From Stramenopiles sp. TOSAG23-3 (lineage: Eukaryota), in the NCBI GenBank assembly GCA_900128585.1, contig LT642199.1, positions 1 through 35,489 of the forward strand: 35,489 bases of DNA. Reading direction: 5' to 3'. Under the pieces are notes generated by a model that was not told the DNA's origin, ran no database searches, and saw only the letters and a list, made by a program, of their open reading frames with translations. The stretch's first letter is position 1, and every line of letters begins with the position of its first letter. The translations under genes and the position numbers were made by a program. Below are positions 21,407-31,313 of this stretch, in pieces.

Positions 21407-22938
21407 GGTGGTGATGGGAACGTCTATCTATATTGTACGATATTTGTTCGGTTCTAAACCAACGCAAACCTTCTATGTGCCTTGTCTCTTTCTTCGTATC
21501 GCTTCCACCAATATTAAATCAGTCCCCTCTTCTTTGCCGTTTAATAAATTATCCGTAAACAAAAACATCTATTTTGCAATGTGTAGTCGTATATATTTCT
21601 TTCTCCTATCCTTCAACACGTCTTTCTTCATTTTGTTCGTGGTATTTTGGGGCGGGGGATCTGGTGGTGAAATTATTAACAATCACACATCACACAACAT
21701 CAGATTGTTTTTAAAACTTAATAATTATTTTTTGTTAATAACACATTCTATACTGTGTCCCTTTCACAAATAAAATATTACAGTAATTAAAACAATAAAA
21801 TTCTTCCTCCTTGATGCTGTGCCCATTCATTTTTTTAAATAGAAAGGCTGTATTATATTACAATATGTACACAATATACACAATATATGGTACTTGGTAG
21901 TCCTATCCTATTACTTCTTCTAGAAGAAGAAATAGGACTATTAAATAAAAAAATGTAGGAGCAAAAAATAATAAACAAGTAGGCTAATAATTATTTTTAG
22001 TCGTCTTTATTATAATACCAATATTGTTGTTGAATTATTTGTCATTGTTGAATATAATAAAATAGAATGACTAATTGGATTCTATATTGTCATTATATTA
22101 GTTATATTGTACATTGTATTTTAGTTAAAACAAATCTCCTTTAGCTTTTATATAAAAAAATAGAAAACATAAAAAAATATCTTAATAATGATTTTTTCTT
22201 ATTTTGCGAAGAATATATATTTAGGTTGTTTTTAATACATTCATAATTCTCGTAGACTATACCGGTAATAGCCTAATCCTGAAAAAGAAAACGTCCTTAA
22301 TTATATAATACTACTAAAATTGATGTGAAGCTAATAAAATTAAGTACAAACAAATCTTAACGTTAGCTTTCCAGGTATTGTAATGCTATTTTGATGTTAG
22401 ACTAATTTCATGAACTCTGTAATCAACAACAAAAAGAGCAACGCCAGCATTGAAGGAAAATATTTAATGCTGTGTGAGTGTTAATGTACTGTATAAGAAG
22501 AAAGAAGAGGAGGGTGTTGTTAGTTGTGGTGTGTGGTGCTGGCTGGTGTACGAAGAAAGAACGAAGAAGAATGTTTGTGGGTTTATATTTAAATAAAAAA
22601 ATATAATACTGTAATAAAAATAAATAAAAAAAACAATAATATACGTACAGTAATACAGTAATAAATATGATAAATAAATTTTAAAAAACAAATACGGACA
22701 TAGGATAGAAGACAAACGATGAAAAAAACAGATGAAACGCGTGCTTGGAATGCTAAGGCTTATTTCATTTTCAACAATTCTTACTTTGCATGATTGGGAA
22801 ACATACTAGAACACAAAACTTGCGAAAGTGCACAATACAATCGATAGAACGGTTCAAATTTTTGAGACACTCTTTTGTGGAAGGACTTAGCAACTGAGGA
22901 ATAGGAGACGGGCGATTACTACCCGAACTTTGCTACGA

Positions 22939-25900
22939 ATGAACTCTCCTACAGTTTCGTTTGGTGGCTCTTTGATATTCAAGAGCAAGCCAAACCAAGG
23001 GAAAAAGAAGAAAACAAAAGTAAATGATAAAACTATTGCAAACATAATTTCCGAAGGGTGGGCCCAGCGCATTGCTGAGGCGCGGGCCCTCATCGTTGAA
23101 GAGCTGGGCATCGAGGAGAACACGATCGCGACCGAAGAACTGTTTGCGGCTGCGCTGCAAGATGGATCGTTGTTGTGCAAATTGGCGCAGTCGCTGAGCG
23201 ATTCGCGGGGCTTAAAATTGCAAATTAGGCCATCCAGATCGGCCGCAAACGCCGAAGCTAGGGTGGTTCACCAAAACCTTTCTCGGTTCAGTAGGTTTTG
23301 CCGAGCAATTAATCTCCCCTCGGAAAGCGTTCCTTCCATCCAAGACTTGACGTCGATGCGTTTGAAGCCGTTGGTCACGTGTTTGTGCGACATCAAACGC
23401 TTGAAAGAAAACGACAACTTTATTGTGTATGCGGCCACATGGGAAGCGTTCTGCACTCCAAAAAAATCTGGATCCGGCTCTCCATTCTCAAAATCCAAAA
23501 GCGGGGTGAAATCCACCCTAAAAATGGCAATTGAGAATTCCATTACAAAATCAGAAAAAATGAAGTCAGGGGGGAGCATCATGCAGGCGCTTCGGGAATC
23601 GGGGCAAGTTGTTCCCGGGTTGTTTTCATCAAGCCCTGCGGCTATGTTTCATTTAAGCGCGAGAAAGCACCTCCAGACTTCTTCCGCAATCAAAGAAGAG
23701 GGAGGCGCCCCAGAATTCAACGGAGATGGTGTCACAGAAAACCTGCTGAAATCATTGAACAAAGTCGAAGAGAAGGCAAAGTTGACAAGCGACAACAGGG
23801 TGCTTGAGGACAAATTAGAAGAAGCGCTAATGGAAATCGAAACTTTGAAAGCACTGGTGTCCCAAAAAGACCAAGGTATCGAAGTTATGAAGGCTGAGTG
23901 CAAAGAGGCGGTACATGGAATACAGGCAAAGCGAGATGAACTTAAACTTGCTACAAAAACGGTCAACGCAAGTGTGAGTGTTCTGGAATCGAAGGAAGCT
24001 GAAATTAATACCTGGACGCAGAAGTACCATAGTGCAGTTGCGCTTCACGCCAAAGAAAAGAAGGAAATTATTGAAACCCACGATTTGGAAATCCAGAAGT
24101 TAAAAGACACGTTGACTGCGAGCGAGAAAAATGTCGATAACCTCGTCGTCGAACTCTCGGAAACGAAAATGCGAGAGTCTGAATTGACAAAGAAGGTGAA
24201 AGACCTCTCGTATGACGTGGAAGAGCATGTTGAGCAGAACCGAGAGCATGTTGCTGCACTGAAAGATTTAACGTCCCAAAACAAGAAGATGAGCAACATT
24301 TTGGACTCTACGTTTCAGTTGAATAAAAGCGCCATGCTAAAGACAAAGGTGAGGTTTCAGGGAATGCAAAATTCATACGGTGCACTGAAAGATACCGTTC
24401 GCTCACAGTTGGCAGCCATCAAAAACGACTTCAACGGAGTTGGACGGACGTTGATCCAGAAATGCCAAGTGGCGGATGCCGAAAAAAAGGAGGTAGTTGA
24501 AAATTATGAGCGTGAGATTGAGTCGCGACGGAAAGTATTCAACGAACTTCAACGGCTCCGAGGTAATATTCGTGTTCTCTGCAGAGTCCGACCACTCGAC
24601 TCTGAAAGCGACAAAGGTACAATCAAATTCCAAGATAACGAAAACATGTTCATTTCTCCATCCGAGACAGGGCGCGCAAAACATTTTGAGTACGATACCA
24701 TCTTTCGACCATCCTCCACACAAGAGCAGGTGTACAAAGAAGTGTCTCCAATGGTTCAATCTTCCATGGACGGTTTTCATTCCTGCATCTTTGCTTACGG
24801 TCAAACTGGTTCCGGTAAGACGTACACTATGCAAGGGCCAAAATCGGACCCGGGGGTATACACGAGGTCGCTGAAAGAGCTCTTCCTGATTCAAGAGCAA
24901 AGAAAAAGCACGCACAATTACAAAATTTGCGTCAGCATGGTTGAAATTTATAATGAAAAAATCAGAGATCTATTGGCCCCACCGTCAAGCCTAAACGATG
25001 GGCCGACTCTTCTTGAGATCAAGCGCGGCAAATCTGGTAACTATTTGCCAAATGCCAACGTTATGCAAGTGAACAGCATTGACGACATCCACCGCGCAAT
25101 GGCCCGCGGCGAAGAAAACCGTTCTGTTGGTGCCACCAAAGCGAACGAACACAGCAGCAGATCGCACTGTTTGTTAATTATTACCACCGATGGCGAAGAA
25201 ATGGAGAGTGGCTCGGTCATGCACGGTCGGTTGGTACTGGTTGATTTGGCGGGTTCGGAACGGGTTGGGAAAACGGATGCGCAGGGGGAACGGTTGAGAG
25301 AGGCAAAGAACATCAATAAGTCCTTGTCAGCGTTGGGCAACGTAATCAACGCGTTATCGAACAAACAAAACCATGTGCCCTTCCGAGACTCCAAACTAAC
25401 TTACTTGCTGCAGGACTCTCTTTCCAAAGACAACAAGGTCTTAATGATTGCACAAATAAGCCCCAGTTGTGCTGATTACCAGGAGTCTGTGTGCTCTTTG
25501 GACTTTGCTGGCCGCGCCCGAGGGGTACAGTTGGGAGGCGCCAAAGCCAAGACCCAAAACATGGAGCTGCCACGTTTGCAAGCGCAGTTAAAAAAAGCCA
25601 AAGAGCAGCTAGATACCCAAAATGATAAGATGAAAGGATTTGTGGAAATGAGGCGGTCGATTAAGAAAATGGAAAAGGAGAATGACGCTCTCCAAGAGAA
25701 GTTGGAGTCGTTGGAGGCAAATAATCAAAACTCAAACCGGGGCATGAAGGAAATAAACAGTGCAATGGTGGAAAAGCAGGCCGCGTGCAGAGCCCTTGAG
25801 AAAAAGCTGGTGGACTCCAAGAAGCAAATCTTTTCCATGAAAGAAAAACTTCACACTTGTGAGTCGAAACTCTCTGCGTCTGAGAAACTTGTGGGGACAA

Positions 25901-26622
25901 TGAAAGAGAAAGTACAAACGTGTGAAACACGCTTACGAAAAGCCGACAAAAACGTCGAAACGTTGGAAAAAGAGCTGGCCCAAAGGTCGGTGACGACCCC
26001 CATCAATAGCAGAACTAAAAGTTCAACCAGAAGCTCGTCCAAAAAAAGCGTCTCGCGAAGTGCGACCAGAAGCGCACCCCGCAGCGCCCCCAAAACTTCA
26101 AATAAAGTTACGTCGGCTCGAAAAAGTGGGAAAAAACGAAAGAGTGAAAGTCCTCCCAGCGACAGGCCAACCAAAGAAAGCAAGTCGATATCCGGCATTT
26201 TGAAAGCATCCAGTTCTCAGCAAGAGGCAACGAAATCAACCAAGCGCGTAAATTTCAATAATGAACTTTCTGTAAAAGAACTATCGTTCGATGAGGACTC
26301 CTTTCCTCTTTCGCCAAGTGCAGAAAGTAATGGAACCAGAGAGGAAACCCCTGCAAAGAAAAAAGTGGCTTCAATTTTATTGTCTGGTCGTGCCCAAAAC
26401 ACTGTTCCAGAAAACGAAGAGAATTCGATGACGACTCGCCAAAAGGAATTGGAAGAGTGGCGAAAGCGAAAAGGGCGCGCCGCTCCAAAACGGAAGGGGC
26501 TGATGGGCGGGGCCACCAGGGTAAAGCAACCCACAAAATCTTCCCGAAAGCCCCTTCGGACGCGGTCAACAGCCCTTAGTAGCAGTAGAAACGCTGCCCG
26601 ATCTTCCTGCCGGTGGAATTGA
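22939..26622 (+). CDS. Kinesin-14 with N-terminal calponin-homology domain and internal motor flanked by coiled coils (KCH-like layout)
   Basis: CH-like segment FAAALQDGSLLCKLAQSL...QNLSRFSRFCRAINLP...IQDL...LVTCLCDI. Kinesin-14 neck RRKVFNELQRLRGNIRVLCRVRP, then YGQTGSGKT, NEHSSRSH, DLAGSER, HVPFRDSKLT. First ATG at 22939. Confidence 0.92.
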   Translation: MNSPTVSFGGSLIFKSKPNQGKKKKTKVNDKTIANIISEGWAQRIAEARALIVEELGIEENTIATEELFAAALQDGSLLCKLAQSLSDSRGLKLQIRPSRSAANAEARVVHQNLSRFSRFCRAINLPSESVPSIQDLTSMRLKPLVTCLCDIKRLKENDNFIVYAATWEAFCTPKKSGSGSPFSKSKSGVKSTLKMAIENSITKSEKMKSGGSIMQALRESGQVVPGLFSSSPAAMFHLSARKHLQTSSAIKEEGGAPEFNGDGVTENLLKSLNKVEEKAKLTSDNRVLEDKLEEALMEIETLKALVSQKDQGIEVMKAECKEAVHGIQAKRDELKLATKTVNASVSVLESKEAEINTWTQKYHSAVALHAKEKKEIIETHDLEIQKLKDTLTASEKNVDNLVVELSETKMRESELTKKVKDLSYDVEEHVEQNREHVAALKDLTSQNKKMSNILDSTFQLNKSAMLKTKVRFQGMQNSYGALKDTVRSQLAAIKNDFNGVGRTLIQKCQVADAEKKEVVENYEREIESRRKVFNELQRLRGNIRVLCRVRPLDSESDKGTIKFQDNENMFISPSETGRAKHFEYDTIFRPSSTQEQVYKEVSPMVQSSMDGFHSCIFAYGQTGSGKTYTMQGPKSDPGVYTRSLKELFLIQEQRKSTHNYKICVSMVEIYNEKIRDLLAPPSSLNDGPTLLEIKRGKSGNYLPNANVMQVNSIDDIHRAMARGEENRSVGATKANEHSSRSHCLLIITTDGEEMESGSVMHGRLVLVDLAGSERVGKTDAQGERLREAKNINKSLSALGNVINALSNKQNHVPFRDSKLTYLLQDSLSKDNKVLMIAQISPSCADYQESVCSLDFAGRARGVQLGGAKAKTQNMELPRLQAQLKKAKEQLDTQNDKMKGFVEMRRSIKKMEKENDALQEKLESLEANNQNSNRGMKEINSAMVEKQAACRALEKKLVDSKKQIFSMKEKLHTCESKLSASEKLVGTMKEKVQTCETRLRKADKNVETLEKELAQRSVTTPINSRTKSSTRSSSKKSVSRSATRSAPRSAPKTSNKVTSARKSGKKRKSESPPSDRPTKESKSISGILKASSSQQEATKSTKRVNFNNELSVKELSFDEDSFPLSPSAESNGTREETPAKKKVASILLSGRAQNTVPENEENSMTTRQKELEEWRKRKGRAAPKRKGLMGGATRVKQPTKSSRKPLRTRSTALSSSRNAARSSCRWN

Positions 26623-26752
26623 GGAATGAGGAAAACAGTGATTACAAACCGGTGTAACCCTGGTGATAACACGCGAGTAGAAAGATCTCTCAAGCATAAC
26701 TTACACCTTCCGAAGTATCATAATTCTTAATTTGATTTAGTTACCACACACA

Positions 26753-26795
26753 CACGTTAACATAAAAACAAGAAAATTGGCTGTCACGTTAACAT
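26753..26795 (+). repeat. Dispersed element copy 2 (26764-26784) flanked by 11-bp direct repeat CACGTTAACAT
   Basis: CACGTTAACAT-AAAAACAAGAAAATTGGCTGT-CACGTTAACAT read directly. Confidence 0.88.
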
Positions 26796-26812
26796 TACGT
26801 TACTCTTACAAT

Positions 26813-28493
26813 TTACCTGTACATTCTCCGCAACCGTAAGTCTTCAATCCCAAGGGTATACGCAACGCCAAAACTGGGCTCTAAATTAATTACCGCGTGC
26901 GCCCAGCCTGCTGGGATGTAAAGAGCCTCACCTGTATGCTGCACGACTTCTAATGGCCGAATTGGCAGAGACGGGTAGTATACGTTTAACCATGTTCGCA
27001 TATCACATACACCAGGTCCATAGTAAGCCCTTGGAGGCAGTAAATACCACTTTTTCGTCCCTCCTAAAAGAACATTAAGCGCAGACTGATGGAAGTGAAA
27101 GTACGTGCCCGAACCCGCAAAGCCCACGTAAAAAAGAGGCAAAATTTTTTCATTCGTTTGGAAAGTTCCATAACGTCTGCTCGGGAAGTATGATTCCAAA
27201 AAGGCAGGGTCTAATGCGTCCAAGATCGAAGAGTCGTTTGCAATGGGGCCAAAAATATACTCGTCGCGCAGTTTTCCAACGTCGGGTTGCCCGTCTAAAA
27301 AATTCGAAACAGTAGTTCTATTTTGGAAAAAAAGTGCGTTGCCGGCGGCAGCATGGTCGCAATCAAAACCATTTATCACGGGCATAGTCCTGCAATCTTC
27401 AACCCACTGGCGGGGAACAATGTCTGTTGATGAGCTTACTGATACCACTTGAGACCCTACTTCACTAATTAATTTCTCTAAGCTCCATTGGAATGACCCA
27501 GACAGTAGCCCGGGAAACACGACGGGTTTGCCTAGTAAGCTGTATCCATTCCAAAATACTTCTTTAGGCGGCAGCGATGCAAGGCTTTCAATATGCGATT
27601 TGCTTTCCAACACGAGGTTTTCCCCAAAGTAATCTGTTATTGCGGTGTACCTGTTTGGAACAATGCGGGCTTTCGTATTTGCTACGGGGGGCAATGCTGC
27701 ACCGAGAAGGACTTCTTTCGCATACGGTGTAACAGCATCGGTAATGTAGGTACATTTTCCGGGCCGAGCTTCGGAGTCAACGTACTCCAAAACACAGGAT
27801 TCAACGACGTTTCGATACAAATATTCCGCAAGCACATTGTCCTCTGCCCCCCCCCCCTTTATCTTTCATATACGCAATGTAGAGCTTTAGGCTGGCCTTT
27901 ACTTGGTTAACATCCGGAAATTGCTGGATCACCACCTCTGCCAGGTTGAATTTCTCTGCAACGTCATAGGCCGCAAGCTCTATAATTTCACGTAGGAGCT
28001 TTACCCAGTTCGCGGGAGTGATGCCTTGCGGGTTGCGCATGACATCTGTCGCCACCAGATTGGCTAAGCTCATACGAGATCTAATAATGTTTCCCTCTAA
28101 TTTTTGTTGTGAAATCTTAATCAGTTTGTCTTTAAATGATGGCTCAAATGTACTGCTGCTAGAGACGCTTGACTGTCGCACTTGGTCCAGCAAACTTTTG
28201 ATGCTGTCAACTATTGTGTTCAATTTCTTGTTGCCTTCTATCTCTGGTGTGCTATATATACGGTTCAGTTTGTTTAACGTTTTCTCTAGGACATAAGCCG
28301 CGTCATAAAAGTAGCCATCCCGAGACATGTCCTCGGCGAATGACAGAATCGTCGAAATCCTCTCTGTTTGCATGGAAACATTGTTTATAGCACCGGAAGA
28401 AAGCGGGCTGTGGGCGCGCGTGTCATGGTTTCCCAAACAAGAGAAGAAAACAAACCAAAAGACCCCGACACTGCAGACCAGCACTATCCTCAT
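26813..28493 (-). CDS. Secretory-pathway JmjC (cupin) oxygenase, JMJD8-like; apparent frameshift at G11 run (27847-27857)
   Basis: Upstream ORF (27801-28493) has a signal peptide and helical region. Downstream ORF has GSGTYFHFH...GTKKWYLLPP...QHTGEALYIPAGWAHAVINLE and its ORF-track start is GTG. Removing one G joins them as KDKGGGAEDNVLAEYLY (559 aa). Confidence 0.8.
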
Positions 28494-29338
28494 GATTGTG
28501 TCTCGGATCTATAATCTGATAACCAAAGGTGCGTTTGAACCGGTTCTTATTCGTAAATCTCCAGTCGTTTTAGCTCAATTGCTGTGTATAGATAGAGAGA
28601 AGAAAACTGAATATGCAATATTAATAATTACTATATTATTTTACCAAGGTAGGTATAATATTTTATTATTATAATACCAATATATTATTATTTTGAATTT
28701 TGTTTTTTTTTAGTCTCGTCGGTGAAGAAGCAATTTCTTCTGCGCTGCATTTTTTTTTTTTTTTTTTTGGGCAAAGTTCGAAGATGATCCTCACAACATA
28801 ATCACAGCATAGTATTCGACTATAATTACTAGGACCAGAAATGAGAATTACTATAGACTACTAAGGCCCACACAAATAAGTACAATAATAAAAATAAATA
28901 CATTCGACAGCATTGGGTATATTTTTCTATTTTTTATTTATTGATGCTGTGCTGATGTATTTTTGTCTTTCATAATTGAATGTCGTCGTCGTTTGTTCTA
29001 CGAATAAATAAAAAAATAATAATACAGTAAAAAACTTTTTTTTAAATTGTTTCACCACGCCATCCACGACGTGTGTCACCGTCGTAGTATGATGATTATA
29101 ATATATTATTATTAGGACTATTAATTGAGAGAAAAAAAGAAGAGAGTAGTAGGCGCTATATATATTCAACTAACAATCACAACTTCTTGACATTTTGCTT
29201 TTGTTTGGTATGTAGACAAAAGTAGAACGTGAAATGTTTCTTGTGTTTCACGTGTCTTTGTGAATGCTTCAAAAAGAGTTTGGCAATACCTCTTCCTTTG
29301 TCTACAGCTATTGAACGTTATTTAAAACACGCGCATAC

Positions 29339-30685
29339 ATGAGGGTCTCCACTGTTCCTTCTTCCCTTCGTAGAGTTGGTTGGGCCAGCTGTGCTCGGCG
29401 TGCCGCTTTCAGCTCTGACGCTGCCCGTCGCCCGCCCACGGCGTGGCCGAGCCAGGAGGACATCAAGAAGAGTGCTTCCCCTCATTGGCGCGAGGAAGCT
29501 ACAGACGATTTGGTGCTTTTGGGGAGGAAGGCCATAGGGAACAAAAAGTTTAAAGTCGGAATAGAGTGTTTCAAAGAGTCTGTCGAACTGTTGAAACGCA
29601 GCGAAACCCATTCTCAATTCCTCGCCACTGCGACCCCCTCTGCGAGAAACAGTCTGAATGCCCTGGGGGTAATGAGATTAATTTGCGGTGATATTTCGCA
29701 GGCAACACAACTCCTAGAAGACGCCCAGCGTGCGCAAGACAGCATATCGGAATCTGGAATGGGTGACGACAATTTTTGCGATCGGGCTGGCTTGCTGAAC
29801 GACAGGGCAATCCTGCACGCATACAAGGGAGAGATGGACGAATCAGAAAAGCTACTGAAGCAATGCTACTACATGGTGAGCAGGGCGTACCGCCCTTCCA
29901 ACCGCGCTATTGCGGCGTGTTTAGGAAACCTCGGCGAGATCAATTGTATAAATGGAGACTTCAAAGTGGCTGTAAGGAATTTTGAAAAAGCGTTGTTCCA
30001 ATTGCAGAAAGATGATGGAAACAAAAACAGCTTTCTTGACATCCTACACTCGAACGTTCAGGTTAAGCTGATGGCAAGCATGGGGAAGGCAACCAGGATG
30101 CAGGCGACAGACCCAGAGTGCGTGAAAAAATGCCGAACGTTGCTGAACGATGCTCGCATTAGTCTAGAGGGGGGGCTACTCGCAGGAAATGCCGACATGT
30201 CAGGGGAGGGCATTGACCAGGAATCGGAGGTGGACCGTGTGTATATAACGTCGCAGGAAGGCAGTTGTGACGCAGCTTCCGGAGATTACGTTGCTGCGTC
30301 GCAACACTTTCTGCGCGCCTTCGAAATTTCTAGAGAACTGAACAAGGCCGGTTTGGAAATGCCTGATTTTCATTTAATTTGTGAAAATAACCTCGCTATT
30401 TTTTCCGACAACGTAGAAACCGCCCAGTCTCGGATAAAGGTGTGCATGCGGAGCCATGGAAATACGAGCTCAAAACTGACTAAGGCCATTGAGCACAACC
30501 ATAGGGTCATATTTGGTGACAGCATTGGTGGGGAAAGCGCGGCAGTCGATTCTGGCCAAGCAGAAAGGCTAGGCTTGCCTGGAGAAAAAGTCGTCTACCA
30601 ATTGAACCACCCTAGCTTTATATTTGGATTCGGTGTTGTGGCCAATCAACGCCCATCCGAATTCTCGATGTTGAAAGCGTCATGA
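29339..30685 (+). CDS. TPR-like repeat protein with probable mitochondrial targeting peptide
   Basis: Arg/Ser/Ala-rich N-terminus (...CARRAAFSS). Helical repeats SLNALGVMRLICGD, LLNDRAILHAYKGE, CLGNLGEINCINGDFKVAVRNFEKAL. Confidence 0.75.
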   Translation: MRVSTVPSSLRRVGWASCARRAAFSSDAARRPPTAWPSQEDIKKSASPHWREEATDDLVLLGRKAIGNKKFKVGIECFKESVELLKRSETHSQFLATATPSARNSLNALGVMRLICGDISQATQLLEDAQRAQDSISESGMGDDNFCDRAGLLNDRAILHAYKGEMDESEKLLKQCYYMVSRAYRPSNRAIAACLGNLGEINCINGDFKVAVRNFEKALFQLQKDDGNKNSFLDILHSNVQVKLMASMGKATRMQATDPECVKKCRTLLNDARISLEGGLLAGNADMSGEGIDQESEVDRVYITSQEGSCDAASGDYVAASQHFLRAFEISRELNKAGLEMPDFHLICENNLAIFSDNVETAQSRIKVCMRSHGNTSSKLTKAIEHNHRVIFGDSIGGESAAVDSGQAERLGLPGEKVVYQLNHPSFIFGFGVVANQRPSEFSMLKAS

Positions 30686-30756
30686 TCCCATTGCTATAAT
30701 CATATCAAACAACAAATTTGCTATATTTCCTTGATGATAGTCAATATTTTTTATTT

Positions 30757-30817
30757 AAACAAGAAAATTGGCTGTTATTTAAGTAATTAAAATTTATGTA
30801 CTGCGAGAACTGCGAAC
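30757..30817 (+). repeat. Dispersed element copy 3 (extended form)
   Basis: 19-mer core plus TATTTAAGTAATTAAA and ATGTACTGCGAGAACTGCGAAC, homologous to 33656-33718. Confidence 0.85.
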
Positions 30818-31108
30818 TTTTTTCTTTATCATAATTAGGAATAATAATGTTTGTTGCTGCCTGGTTTTTGCTGAATGCTGCTTCCTGCTTCCTTGGCTTT
30901 GGTTGGTCTAACCCCCGCCCTCAACAACAACAACGACGACGAACGACGATGCGACGACGATAATAATAAAAAAAAAAGATACGAGGAGGGAGGATAACCA
31001 ATAAGAAGCAAGAAGAAGAAAGGAAGAAGAAGAAGATTAAAATTATTATAATAATAAAAATAAAAAATAATAATAATAATGAAGAAGAAGTAATACCTTG
31101 GTACTTCT

Positions 31109-31133
31109 TTAAATAACTGCCAATTTTTCGTTT
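31109..31133 (-). repeat. Dispersed element, degenerate inverted copy
   Basis: Reverse complement reads AAACGAAAAATTGGCAGTTATTTAA versus consensus AAACAAGAAAATTGGCTGTTATTTAA. Confidence 0.65.
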
Positions 31134-31313
31134 TTTAAAGTACGGTACATAATTAAAAAAAGAAGCGAATCTGCTGTGAATCTTGAGTGCCAAACAACTT
31201 TATTTCAAAGCCTGCAATTTATAGATACTTCGCGTTTGATTGTCATAGTTCGCATTGACATCGTTTTCCCCAAGCGTGTATACAGTTGCTACCCGTGGCT
31301 ACGCAGATAAACC

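Noticed and set aside
30757-30790. Reverse complement of the element (ACAGCCAATTTT) resembles the dinoflagellate spliced leader (TAGCCATTTTGG) or a CCAAT box
   Set aside because: Similarity is short. Five of six copies lie at gene 3' ends in the wrong orientation for a relict leader or a promoter box.
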